A stretch of 32,000 nt of DNA. It comes from Synechocystis sp. PCC 6803 substr. PCC-P. Lineage in GTDB: Bacteria; Cyanobacteriota; Cyanobacteriia; Cyanobacteriales; Microcystaceae. The notes beneath the pieces are model-generated. The model did no database searches. It saw only the letters and a program-made list of their open reading frames with translations, and was not told the origin of the DNA. Positions within the stretch are counted from its first letter, which is position 1. Every line of letters begins with the position of its first letter. The translations under genes and the position numbers were made by a program. The stretch is taken from contig NC_017039.1 of NCBI RefSeq assembly GCF_000284455.1, positions 750,001 through 782,000 on the forward strand. Reading direction: 5' to 3'. Of the stretch, positions 17,991-27,038 are shown piece after piece.

Positions 17991-18533
17991 GTGTCTGCCC
18001 ACAAGATTCTAGTCATCGATGACAGCAAAGTTATCCGTATGCGAGTTAAGGATATGTTGCCCCAGGGAAATTTCGAGGTGATTGAAGCCAAGGACGGCCT
18101 CGAAGGTTTTAATCTGATCCAGAGTGAGCGGCCCAACCTGATTATGTTGGACTTTCTCCTGCCCAAAATGAGTGGCTGGGAAGTGTTTCAATCGGTGCAG
18201 GAACGCCCCGAACTCAAGGCTATTCCCTTGGTGTTGATGTCCGGTCGGAAGGAAGAAGTGCTCGAAAAAATTCCCGAACCCTTCGAGTATTTTGCTTTTG
18301 TGGAAAAACCATTTGAGCAACGGGAATTGGTGGCCGCCATCAAAGAGGCCATGATCAAAGCTAAAAAACACGCTCCTGTGGCCGCCGTTGCCAGTGGCGC
18401 TGCCCCAGCCGGAGATTTGGCCGCTGAAGTGCAACAACTCAAACAACAGGTAGCCCAAATGCACGGCGAAATTGACCTGTTGAAAAAACAGTTGGGGCAA
18501 TTAGTAACTTTCATCAAGCAACGGCTTTCCTAG
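17991..18533 (+). CDS. CheY-like response regulator with Ala-rich linker and C-terminal coiled coil, 180 aa
   Basis: GTG start with AAGGAGAG upstream. Receiver motifs VIDDSK, LDFLLP, PLVLMSG and FVEKPF; C-terminal LAAEVQQLKQQVAQMHGEIDLLKKQLGQLVTFIKQ. Confidence 0.9.
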   Translation: MSAHKILVIDDSKVIRMRVKDMLPQGNFEVIEAKDGLEGFNLIQSERPNLIMLDFLLPKMSGWEVFQSVQERPELKAIPLVLMSGRKEEVLEKIPEPFEYFAFVEKPFEQRELVAAIKEAMIKAKKHAPVAAVASGAAPAGDLAAEVQQLKQQVAQMHGEIDLLKKQLGQLVTFIKQRLS

Positions 18534-18599
18534 GCTATGCTATTGGGCCTGTTGACCGTTAGACTTGGGGTGAAACCTTTGTGTTGAGAAGTTGAGAGT

Positions 18600-19061
18600 A
18601 TGACTATGGCATCCCCTACACCAGAGTTAGCCAACCCCACCATGGATGAAATGACCCCTGCTAGTCATCACGATGTAGTGGAAACGGTTATTTCCGGCAT
18701 GGCCCAGGAAAATAGCGCCTTTGTGCAAGATAACGACCAGGGCAGCATCTGGAAATTTGCCTATGGCAGTGTGGAAGTGCTAGTACAGCTTACCGGAGAA
18801 GGGGAAAATGATCTGTTTCGGGTCTGGGCCGAGGTAATGCCCTTACCAACAGATCCAGGCCAATTATTGGCGGAAGTGATGCAATTAAATTGGTCAGATA
18901 CCTTTGAAGCCTGTTTTGCTCTACGGGAAAATCATTTAGTGGCTCTCCATCAGCGCACTGTGGCGGATCTTTCCCCCAGCGAAATTTCCCGGGCCATTAC
19001 CCTCGTTGCTACCCTGGCCGATGACCATGACGATCGCCTGAAGGAAAAATACGGCGCTTAG
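18600..19061 (+). CDS. YbjN / type III secretion chaperone-like family protein
   Basis: ORF with GSVEVLVQLTGEGENDLFRVWAEVMPLP and LLAEVMQLNWSDTFEACFALRENHLVALHQRTVADLSPSEISRAI. ATG at 18600 or 18606. Confidence 0.65.
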   Translation: MTMASPTPELANPTMDEMTPASHHDVVETVISGMAQENSAFVQDNDQGSIWKFAYGSVEVLVQLTGEGENDLFRVWAEVMPLPTDPGQLLAEVMQLNWSDTFEACFALRENHLVALHQRTVADLSPSEISRAITLVATLADDHDDRLKEKYGA

Positions 19062-19140
19062 AGCGTGTTTGAAAAGTTGAGTTTTGGCTGCTTAATCCCC
19101 CCTAGCCCCCCTTGGAAAGGAGGGAACTGCCGCTAAAGTC
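19061..19140. repeat. Second copy, in opposite orientation, of the dispersed repeat at 3401-3480
   Basis: GAGCGTGTTTGAAAAGTTGAGTTTTGGCTGCTTAATCCCCCCTAGCCCCCCTTGG... matches the reverse complement of 3401-3480. It begins at the last base of the upstream stop codon. Confidence 0.8.
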
Positions 19141-19153
19141 AAGTATTAACCAA

Positions 19154-20392
19154 CTAAAAATCTTCTTCCAGAGCCGCAAACAGAGCGCTAAGGATCTGGT
19201 TGGAGTATAAAATTCCCTCCGGATCAGTGAAGCAAAACCTCTGCACCGTTTCCGTTGTGGTCTGGTTCGGGGCTAGCATTTGGTTATCCTCGCCATAAAA
19301 TTCCAGCCAACGGCGATCGCCAAAGGAAGTTAGGGTAGCAAGGATTTTTGCCTTTTCTGTCTGATTAACCGAAGGCAGTTGGGCCCACGTTACCCCAGCG
19401 GTCAGCCTTAGTCCTAACATCAAGCTTTCTAACAAATTTTCCAACGGAGAAACCCTTTCCCCCGGAATGGGACAGCCTTGATTGAGCCAAGATTCTAGCC
19501 ATTGGTAATAGCCATTTCTCGTACGGGGCCGGCCAAAACGCTTACCGTCAATGTAACTGGTGGCCCCCATGCCTAAACCGTAGTAGGGCAAATTACGCCA
19601 ATAGATTTGGTTATGGCGACATTGGTGGCCGGGGCGGCCATAGTTGGAAATTTCGTAATGGTGGAAACCGGCTTGGGTTAATACTTCTTGGCCATGGCGA
19701 TAAAAATCAGCACTGCGTTCGGGGGGAGGTACAGCCAATTTCCCCCGCTGTTCCCATTTGTCGAAAACGGTTTGGGGTTCCAACACTAAGTCATAGCAGG
19801 AAATATGCTTAGGCCCTGCGGCTAGAGCCAAGGTTAGGGAACTGTGCCAATCTGCTGCCGTTTGCTCCGGTAGCCCCGTAATCAAATCCAAGCTCCAATT
19901 TTCAATATTCTCCTTGGCGATCGCCGTGAGGGCTTGATCGATGTCCCGGCGACGGTGGTGGCGGCCACAAAGGGCCAGTAAATTGTCTTGGAAAGCCTGT
20001 ACGCCCAAGCTAAAGCGGTTAATGCCCAAATTTTTATAGCCTTGCAATTGAACTTGGTCAAAGGTGCCAGGATCAATTTCAATGCTTATCTCAGCGTCCG
20101 GGGCAATGCCCAGATATTGATCAACCGCCAGCAAAATTTTTTCCAAACCGGTGATCGGCAATAAAGAAGGGGTGCCTCCACCAAAAAAAACTGTTTGTAA
20201 AGGCTGGCCTTGGTGTTGTTGCCCCGCAATTTCTCTGCATACTGCTTCCACATATTCCCCCACCCAACCGTCCAGGGTTAAAGACTGGAAACCCGTCACA
20301 GCAATAGGAAAATCACAATAAAAACAGCGTTGGCGACAAAAGGGAATGTGAATGTAGGCGGCAGTGGGCATTAAATATGTACCTGTATTCAC
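19154..20392 (-). CDS. hemW: Radical-SAM coproporphyrinogen III oxidase-like protein (HemN/HemW family)
   Basis: YIHIPFCRQRCFYCDFPI radical SAM motif and VFFGGGTPSLL. GTG start overlaps the nadD-like stop (GTGA), or an internal ATG at 20371 (MPTAAYIHIPF). Confidence 0.85.
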   Translation of the reverse strand: MNTGTYLMPTAAYIHIPFCRQRCFYCDFPIAVTGFQSLTLDGWVGEYVEAVCREIAGQQHQGQPLQTVFFGGGTPSLLPITGLEKILLAVDQYLGIAPDAEISIEIDPGTFDQVQLQGYKNLGINRFSLGVQAFQDNLLALCGRHHRRRDIDQALTAIAKENIENWSLDLITGLPEQTAADWHSSLTLALAAGPKHISCYDLVLEPQTVFDKWEQRGKLAVPPPERSADFYRHGQEVLTQAGFHHYEISNYGRPGHQCRHNQIYWRNLPYYGLGMGATSYIDGKRFGRPRTRNGYYQWLESWLNQGCPIPGERVSPLENLLESLMLGLRLTAGVTWAQLPSVNQTEKAKILATLTSFGDRRWLEFYGEDNQMLAPNQTTTETVQRFCFTDPEGILYSNQILSALFAALEEDF

Positions 20393-21030
20393 TGGCGATA
20401 AAGTTGCCTTTGTTGAATGTAGCTTTGCACCGGATCTGGAATTAGATCGTCGTCTCGAATTTGCCGGTAAATGCTGGAGGAAATGGGGGGAGTGATGGCT
20501 TGATCGTCGCCTTGGTTAACTAATTGGTAGTGCCCTCCTAACTGGGCCAATTTATCCAAATCAGCTTGATTAATGCCGTAGCCCGGCCGGGGAAAAATCA
20601 CCAATTGGACAGCGGGCAATAATTCTTTTACTGCGTACCATTGAGAAATTTGCCGAATTAAATCTGCCCCCACCACCAAGGCATAATCCGGTTCCAGCCC
20701 CCATCTTTGTTGGGCCCGTTGCAGGCTAATTAAACTGCGGCGATCGCTCAAATCTTCCCAAATTTGCACTGTGGCGTAATCCTTCTGTACATCCTCCACC
20801 AACAGCTTCAACATTGCTTGGCGATCGCCCAGGCTGGCCCAGTGTCCTGTTTCGGGATTGGGGCCTTGCTTAAAAGGATTGTCGGCGGCCCACACCGCTA
20901 CTTGGTCAAAATGTTGAGCTAACCAAATGAGGATGGCCCGGTGGGCTAGGGTGGGGGGATCGGCGCTGGTGCCAAAAAGGGCTATTTTCACGAAGGGGTT
21001 TGAATTTATATTACTTTCGTCTCCGAACAA
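20389..21030 (-). CDS. nadD: Nicotinate-nucleotide adenylyltransferase-like protein (NadD family)
   Basis: KIALFGTSADPPTLAHRAI, WAADNPFKQ, DYALVVGADLIRQISQWY and ITPPISSSIYRQIR nucleotidyltransferase motifs. The TTG start at 21030 is uncertain; an internal GTG is plausible. Confidence 0.75.
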   Translation of the reverse strand: MFGDESNINSNPFVKIALFGTSADPPTLAHRAILIWLAQHFDQVAVWAADNPFKQGPNPETGHWASLGDRQAMLKLLVEDVQKDYATVQIWEDLSDRRSLISLQRAQQRWGLEPDYALVVGADLIRQISQWYAVKELLPAVQLVIFPRPGYGINQADLDKLAQLGGHYQLVNQGDDQAITPPISSSIYRQIRDDDLIPDPVQSYIQQRQLYRQ

Positions 21031-21582
21031 TTAATTTTTCACTTCCGTTAGCTCAATTACCCGCTCATCGTAATCCTTGACCAAAAAATTCAACGGCTTG
21101 CGACTGCGTACTTTATAGCGGAGACGGCGAGATTGCACCCGCAGAAAAATTTGCTCCAAACAATCGTGGTCAAAACAGACATGGCGTTGGCGATTGTTAC
21201 TGCCAAAGCTAGCCCCACCAATGATGTGCAGTTGGGTATTTTTTTTCAACTGATACCAAAGCCCGTCCTGGGCACTGTAGCGATTCTCGGGGGGAATTTG
21301 GGGGTTAGCCGCCATGGAAAATGAGTCCCAACCCGCAGTACCTAGGGTTTGTTCATAGTTGTAGTAATAATGCAGAGGCACGTCCGCCACGGCTAGCTCC
21401 AGCAAACCTTCATAAAATGCTTTGGCGATCGCCAGGTCCGACACCATCACTGTGTACACCTTGGGGGCACTGGTGAGAAATAACCACATAGCCAAGGCAT
21501 AGGCCCCCAACAGCATCACCATAATGCCTTGGGTGGAAAACAAGCTGTCAATGGGAATCAAGGCGGCGAAATGCAGGGGCAT
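21031..21582 (-). CDS. Conserved glyoxalase/VOC-like protein with N-terminal hydrophobic segment
   Basis: VMVSDLAIAKAFYEGLLELAVADV resembles a VOC fold, and the N-terminal IMVMLLGAYALAMWLFL is TM-like. It abuts the nadD-like gene. Confidence 0.55.
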   Translation of the reverse strand: MPLHFAALIPIDSLFSTQGIMVMLLGAYALAMWLFLTSAPKVYTVMVSDLAIAKAFYEGLLELAVADVPLHYYYNYEQTLGTAGWDSFSMAANPQIPPENRYSAQDGLWYQLKKNTQLHIIGGASFGSNNRQRHVCFDHDCLEQIFLRVQSRRLRYKVRSRKPLNFLVKDYDERVIELTEVKN

Positions 21583-21751
21583 GGTTAGGAAACTGGGGGA
21601 TAGAACCCGAAATAATCAGCGAAAATTGTATTGTTAGGATCATTAGGCTTTGCCACCGCTGGAGCCAGCAAACACCGTCCAACTAGCATTGCCCTTGGGA
21701 TACATTCTACCAAGAGCTATCCCGGCGTTCCAAACTTCCCTCCGATAACCT

Positions 21752-22621
21752 ATGGACCAGTTGGATCAATTGAGTGATTATTTTCCCCCTCCCCTCCCGG
21801 TGGGCCAAACCCTTTTTGATTGGGGCAAACGCACCTATGTGATGGGAATTTTGAATACTACGCCGGACAGTTTTAGTGATGGGGGCGAATTTAACTCTCT
21901 ACCAACGGCCATCCACCAGGCTAAAACCATGGTGCAGGGGGGAGCACACATTATTGACATTGGCGGCCAGTCCACCCGACCGGGGGCAGAAACTGTTAGC
22001 TTGAAGGAAGAATTAGAGCGCACTATTCCGATTATCCAAGCTCTCCGGCAAGAATTAGACATTCCCATTTCCATCGATACCACCAGGGCGGAAGTGGCAC
22101 GACAAGCTCTCCAAGCCGGAGCGGATATGGTCAACGATATTTCCGGAGCTACCTTTGAACCAGAAATTTTGGCGGTCGCCGCCCAGCACAAGGCTCCGAT
22201 TATTTTGATGCACATACGGGGTAACCCCCAAACTATGCAAAATTTGACGGATTATGGGGATTTAATCGGGGAAATGAGGCAGTTTTTCAGCGCCCAAGTA
22301 GATCTAGCCCGCCATTACGGCGTATTGCCCGAACAGATTATCCTTGACCCAGGCATTGGCTTTGCTAAAACCGCTGAGCAAAATATTACCCTACTGCGCC
22401 AGTTACCGGAGCTAAAAAGACTTGGTTTTCCCCTATTGGTGGGGCCATCCCGGAAAAGTTTCATTGGCAAAATTCTTGACCAACCTGATCCGAAGGAAAG
22501 AGTTTGGGGTACTGGGGCGACCTGCTGTCGGGCGATCGCCGGGGGAGCAGATATAGTCAGAGTCCATGATGTGGAAGCCATGGCCCAGATATGTAAGGTT
22601 GCAGATGCCCTATGGCGATGA
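21752..22621 (+). CDS. folP: Dihydropteroate synthase
   Basis: VMGILNTTPDSFSDGG, GGQSTRPGAE, LDPGIGFAKT and VGPSRKSFIG motifs. Confidence 0.95.
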   Translation: MDQLDQLSDYFPPPLPVGQTLFDWGKRTYVMGILNTTPDSFSDGGEFNSLPTAIHQAKTMVQGGAHIIDIGGQSTRPGAETVSLKEELERTIPIIQALRQELDIPISIDTTRAEVARQALQAGADMVNDISGATFEPEILAVAAQHKAPIILMHIRGNPQTMQNLTDYGDLIGEMRQFFSAQVDLARHYGVLPEQIILDPGIGFAKTAEQNITLLRQLPELKRLGFPLLVGPSRKSFIGKILDQPDPKERVWGTGATCCRAIAGGADIVRVHDVEAMAQICKVADALWR

Positions 22622-24006
22622 GTAAGCCTAACTTAAGGAAGTTAATGGAAAATCTGGGGCAAAAACTCCAGCGTTGGGCCCTAGAGGAATGGTCGGGCTT
22701 AATTCTGGTGATGGTCCCCATCGCTCTATTGTTCTGTTGGGGGCTAGACTTCCATAACCTACGGCGGGGAGAGGAAACAAATTTAGTTGAATCAGCCCAT
22801 TATTGGCGGGCAACACTACAAAATTACGGCTTTACTCCAACTAGCTTGTTTGAGAACCTAGGGCGATCGCCATTGCCCATTTGGTTAATTAGTCTTAGTC
22901 AAATGATTTTTGGCCATGAATTATGGGGCGATCGTTTACTGGGAGCTTTGCTCAATGGGGCCAGTTTGCCGTTGTTATATTGGCTGGGCAAAGAACTGTA
23001 CAGCCGCAGTTTGCCCGCCTTCCTCACTTTAGTAGTTTATGGCACTGCCCCCACTGTGGTTTATTGGGCCAGGGTAGCTAGCATTAACAGTTTTGTCTTA
23101 CCGTTAACCATTGCCTGTCTAGCTAGTGCACTGTTTTGCCGTCGGGATTTAAGGGGAGGCTTACCCTTGGGTCTGACCCTCAGTGCCCTGGCATTAACAA
23201 ATTTGCCTACTTCCATCGTACTATTTGCCACTAGTCTAGTTTTTCTCCATTGGGATACACCCCGTTTAAAATCTTCACCCCTATTTGGGTTTGGTCTAGT
23301 TTTAGGTTTACTACCGGCGATCTCCTGGTGGCTGGGCTATGGTTTCTTGCTCCATGGAGAAATTGTGGACTCGATAATGGTCATTGGTGGCTCTCCCTGG
23401 CCCCTAAAGTTAAGGGGCTGGCTCTGGCTACTGGCAAGTTCCCCCGGTCTAATTTTTGCTCTGAATACTTTTCCCCGGGCCCAACAAGCATTGCCCTGGA
23501 GTTGGGCCCGTTTCCTGCTTTGCCAAGGGGGAGTGTACGGTATGTTAGTCATCATTTCTCCCTGGGCCAGCACTTCCTTGGTGATGCCCCTGTTAGTAGT
23601 TTTGGCATTGGCAGCAGGATTGACCTTAGCTGAAATACGCCGAGGAGCTAGTACTTTGGTTTATACTCCCTGGTGGCGTCGATTTTTCCTGACCCTAGCC
23701 GGTTTGACTGCCTTGGGGGCCATAGCTATTCATTTCTCCTATGGCAGGAGCAATTTAGCCAGTTGGACTGCCCGGGATGGTGTAATCACCATATTGGTAC
23801 TAGTTTTATTGTCTTTAACCTTGGTGATGACTTCCCTGTTGTTAGACCGTCAGCAACCGGAGTTTATCAATGTGCTTTTTTGGGGACTATTCGTCTGCCT
23901 GTTTTTGGTTATCTATACCCCCTTAAGCTATCTGCCCCCTAGGTCTTTGCCTGATGTGATAGTTTCTACGGTTTCCACCACTAACCAATTGCCGGCGGAA
24001 TTATAA
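22618..24006 (+). CDS. Multi-TM glycosyltransferase family 39-like (ArnT/PMT-like) protein
   Basis: N-terminal LDFHNLRRGEETNLVESAHYW followed by many TM helices. ATG at 22618 overlaps the folP stop (ATGA). Confidence 0.65.
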   Translation: MSKPNLRKLMENLGQKLQRWALEEWSGLILVMVPIALLFCWGLDFHNLRRGEETNLVESAHYWRATLQNYGFTPTSLFENLGRSPLPIWLISLSQMIFGHELWGDRLLGALLNGASLPLLYWLGKELYSRSLPAFLTLVVYGTAPTVVYWARVASINSFVLPLTIACLASALFCRRDLRGGLPLGLTLSALALTNLPTSIVLFATSLVFLHWDTPRLKSSPLFGFGLVLGLLPAISWWLGYGFLLHGEIVDSIMVIGGSPWPLKLRGWLWLLASSPGLIFALNTFPRAQQALPWSWARFLLCQGGVYGMLVIISPWASTSLVMPLLVVLALAAGLTLAEIRRGASTLVYTPWWRRFFLTLAGLTALGAIAIHFSYGRSNLASWTARDGVITILVLVLLSLTLVMTSLLLDRQQPEFINVLFWGLFVCLFLVIYTPLSYLPPRSLPDVIVSTVSTTNQLPAEL

Positions 24007-25727
24007 CGACCTCCTAAGGTAATTTTTTTGCCATTGGCGTGGTTGATTAATTGCTCCGCCACTTCCGGTCGTTCCGTAATCACTTTGAGAATTTTGCCCG
24101 ATTGTTGGCAGATTAACTGATAGGTTTGGTGTTCACTTTTTTGCAGCTCGCCGGTGTAAACAGATTGACTTTTAGATAAGGGCAATTGAGCCAGATTAAC
24201 ATCCACGGGACAATGGCCTGAGGGGGGATACTGATCAGGATTGTCCAAATAATATTGTTGCCATTGCCGCCATTCGGGGTGGTCGGGAACTAAATTAAAT
24301 AGGGGAATAACCGCCGCTGGGGCCCGGCGATCGCCAATCAGGGCTTCCTGCACATCCCGCACGTCTAAGTCCTGGGGGTCACAATTTTTTTCCACACTTA
24401 AAGCCGCTATCATTCCCACTGCTTGCCCTGTGTTCATAACTAGGGGTTGTAAACGGGTGCTGCCATTGGCCATGTGACTGACGGAAATATTTTTTTCACA
24501 GGGTAAATAGCCCCGCGCTGTCGGAGATAAAAGAGCTGGAAAAGGAATGGTAAAGGGGGTTCCCGTCCATCTTCCGCCCCAAATTAAGGATTTGGGAGTA
24601 AGAGGAAATTCATAGCCAGGATAGTGGTGATCGTTGGCATAATTTCCCACCCCAATGCTAGTAACTTTTTGGTTATAAATTGGCAGGGATGCTACCTGAC
24701 CCTGGGGTAAAATATCCCTTTCTGTAATAACTTGCTGACCTTTTAAGCGCCTACTTTCCCGATAGTAGGGATGGAGAGCAAAGGCGGTGGAAATATCTCC
24801 AGTTTGTGGAAAAATTCCTGTGGCTAATTCTAAGTTTTCTGAATGATGCTTTTGGAGGTAATAGGCGTAGGCATAGCTATATTGATAAGCTTCCTTTAAA
24901 TAGGTTTGCTTTTCCTTTTCACCGCCCAATAAACGGTTTAAATCTTTGCCATAATCATTGCCGGCGATCGGCCAATTAATCATATAATGCTCGCCGGGTA
25001 ATTGGCCATAGGTTAAAAAATCTTTTTCTCCATAGTTCTGCCAAGTATGGGTAAAATCTTGGGCTACATCAATAGTAGGTTCAGCAATGATATTTGTTTG
25101 ATTATTAGTTGTTTTTCGTAGCAAAAATACCCAAGTGGGGGACTGTATTGGATACTCTTCTGTCATCTCATTGGGAGCAATCGGACAACTGGGTTCATCA
25201 AATTTATCCTGCCAATCCCAACCCCAACGGTGGCCAATATCTCCCAGGGCTAGTAAATCCCCCAACTCTGTGCCATCCAGAATTACCCTAGCTCGAATTT
25301 CATAGTCTGGAAATCTCACCCCCACCAGGCGATCGCCATTTTTTACCACTTCCATGGGGCATTGATTGGCAATCCAAGTTAAATTAGGCAACTCTGCCGC
25401 CCAATCAGCGAAGATTTTGGACCCTAGACGGGGATCAAAAGTAAATAAACTCACCCAGCTATGGTCTAAACCCCCGGGTTGTTGGACCGTCAAAGTCCTT
25501 AAAAACTCTCCCCATAGCCCCGTTTGCCAAGCGGCCAATTCATTGCCGTCGGGAGCAGACACTCCAGCGGAAGTTAACATACCTCCCAACCAGGGCCCTT
25601 CGCTAACAAGGATGGTTTTTACTCCTCGTCGGGCCGCCTGGATCGCCGCCGCCGTGCCCCCAGTGCCACCTCCCACCACCAAAATATCTGTGGTCAATCG
25701 GGCAATAGATTTTGTTGCAATGGCCAT
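23928..25727 (-). CDS. FAD-dependent oxidoreductase (FAD_oxidored family)
   Basis: DILVVGGGTGGTAAAIQAARRGVKTILVSEGPWLGGMLTSAG FAD-binding N-terminus and RVILDGTELGDLLALG. Confidence 0.85.
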   Translation of the reverse strand: MAIATKSIARLTTDILVVGGGTGGTAAAIQAARRGVKTILVSEGPWLGGMLTSAGVSAPDGNELAAWQTGLWGEFLRTLTVQQPGGLDHSWVSLFTFDPRLGSKIFADWAAELPNLTWIANQCPMEVVKNGDRLVGVRFPDYEIRARVILDGTELGDLLALGDIGHRWGWDWQDKFDEPSCPIAPNEMTEEYPIQSPTWVFLLRKTTNNQTNIIAEPTIDVAQDFTHTWQNYGEKDFLTYGQLPGEHYMINWPIAGNDYGKDLNRLLGGEKEKQTYLKEAYQYSYAYAYYLQKHHSENLELATGIFPQTGDISTAFALHPYYRESRRLKGQQVITERDILPQGQVASLPIYNQKVTSIGVGNYANDHHYPGYEFPLTPKSLIWGGRWTGTPFTIPFPALLSPTARGYLPCEKNISVSHMANGSTRLQPLVMNTGQAVGMIAALSVEKNCDPQDLDVRDVQEALIGDRRAPAAVIPLFNLVPDHPEWRQWQQYYLDNPDQYPPSGHCPVDVNLAQLPLSKSQSVYTGELQKSEHQTYQLICQQSGKILKVITERPEVAEQLINHANGKKITLGGRYNSAGNWLVVETVETITSGKDLGGR

Positions 25728-25787
25728 AATGTTTCTGGGAAATCACAGACTATTTAAAAATTGTTTTGCCGTCAAAATAGGAATATT

Positions 25788-26162
25788 TTAATACGTTTCT
25801 AGGACGAGTAAATCAGTGTCACCACTGATAATAGCATCAGCCTGGGAGGCGATCGCCGTGGCCAAAACCATGGCATCTTTAGGATCCCGAGGATCCCGCA
25901 GTTCGGGAACTTCTAGGGGATGGATAGGATAAATAGTAGAAATTTCGCCCATCGCAAGTAGAATTTCTTCTGTCGTTAAAGACAGTAATGCGAGCCTTTT
26001 TTGCAGCTTTTGGTAACTTAGAACTTTCTCCACTTCCTGCAAAATTTCTACGGAAGTACAGGTCAAAATTTCTTTTTTACGAGCTAATTTTATGAGATTA
26101 CCTGGTAACCCTTGCCATAACCACCCGGAAAGCCAAAGGTTTGTATCTAGGACGACCTTCAT
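25788..26162 (-). CDS. PIN-domain putative toxin of a type II toxin-antitoxin pair
   Basis: Conserved acidic residues in VVLDTNLWLSG, VEILQEVEKVL, DPRDPKDAMVLATA and ISGDTDLL. ATGA overlap with the upstream antitoxin-like gene. Confidence 0.82.
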   Translation of the reverse strand: MKVVLDTNLWLSGWLWQGLPGNLIKLARKKEILTCTSVEILQEVEKVLSYQKLQKRLALLSLTTEEILLAMGEISTIYPIHPLEVPELRDPRDPKDAMVLATAIASQADAIISGDTDLLVLETY

Positions 26163-26443
26163 AATGCCGATTCGCTCTCAAGGCGATTTTCACGACGCAC
26201 TTCTCGCACTAATTCGCAAATTTCTTCCATGATTTCATCGGTAAGTTCCTCACCATTACGCCGTAAACTATGCTCCCACTTTTCCCAATCAAAAGCAGGA
26301 ACTCGTTTTAGCTCAATTTTGTCTTCGTGAACTGTAATCTTGTAGCTTTCACCAGGAACTAGTTTGGCTTTAATTTCCGGGGGAAGATCTAGGGTCTGTT
26401 CTGCAGTAACAGTAGCGGTGAGAACTTGCTCGATGGTGCTCAT
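26159..26443 (-). CDS. Putative antitoxin (AbrB/MazE-like N-terminus), partner of the PIN protein
   Basis: 94-aa ORF overlapping the PIN gene start by 4 nt. TLDLPPEIKAKLVPGESYKITVHEDKIELKRV resembles a swapped-hairpin DNA-binding domain. Confidence 0.65.
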   Translation of the reverse strand: MSTIEQVLTATVTAEQTLDLPPEIKAKLVPGESYKITVHEDKIELKRVPAFDWEKWEHSLRRNGEELTDEIMEEICELVREVRRENRLESESAL

Positions 26444-26651
26444 GGTCTGGAAGGAAAAGCAAAGATTGCCACTACCATCATAGGTTACCCAGCCCAGACA
26501 AAAGTTTAATGCTTGACCTGCCAGAACTACAATGGCTTTTGGTAAATGTTGACCGAGTGCCCAAATTCCTCTGCCATTAGAGCAATGTCAATGCACCCGG
26601 CCATGGTTTGTTTGCGAAAAATCTCAGAAATTTTCGCTACCCCTTACCATT

Positions 26652-27038
26652 TTACTTTTTCAAATCCTTAGCCATCTGGCGGAACATGTCCAAACTATTG
26701 TCGTTGGAACGGCGATCGTTGTTGGCCGGGGTAGAGTTGGCCTGGGATGGGGCGGAATCCATTTTGGTACTGGGGGCCGGTTGACCATTAGCCTGGATTT
26801 TTTTCACCTCCATGGCAGAAATCTCCTTGACCACTTCCCCTCCCTGGGAGTTGAGAGTTTTAGGAAAACTCCGTTTAATTTTGATGGGAGTCCGCATGTA
26901 TTCGGCATTGCCCAAGCTTTTGGCATCGTCGCTTTCAAGAAAAAATGCCTCTTTTTTTTCTGGCTGAGGACTGGGGTTGGCTTCAATATCTTCGACGTAC
27001 TGTGCCTTTTTACCAAATAAGCCAAATAATCCGGCCAT
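26652..27038 (-). CDS. Conserved hypothetical protein, 128 aa
   Basis: Full-length ORF in a non-overlapped region. MAGLFGLFGKKAQYVEDIEANPSPQPEKKEAFFL...LDMFRQMAKDLKK. Confidence 0.7.
   Translation of the reverse strand: MAGLFGLFGKKAQYVEDIEANPSPQPEKKEAFFLESDDAKSLGNAEYMRTPIKIKRSFPKTLNSQGGEVVKEISAMEVKKIQANGQPAPSTKMDSAPSQANSTPANNDRRSNDNSLDMFRQMAKDLKK

Noticed and set aside
18009-18517. 163-aa and 109-aa minus-strand ORFs opposite the CheY-like gene
   Set aside because: Antisense shadows of a convincing receiver-domain gene.
25366-25791. 141-aa plus-strand ORF opposite the FAD oxidoreductase
   Set aside because: Antisense to the FAD-binding N-terminus. No domain features.
26527-26604. Short minus-strand reading frame MAGCIDIALMAEEFGHSVNIYQKPL upstream of the antitoxin
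   Set aside because: Only 25 codons and no homology I can recognise. Could be a gene remnant but cannot be supported.
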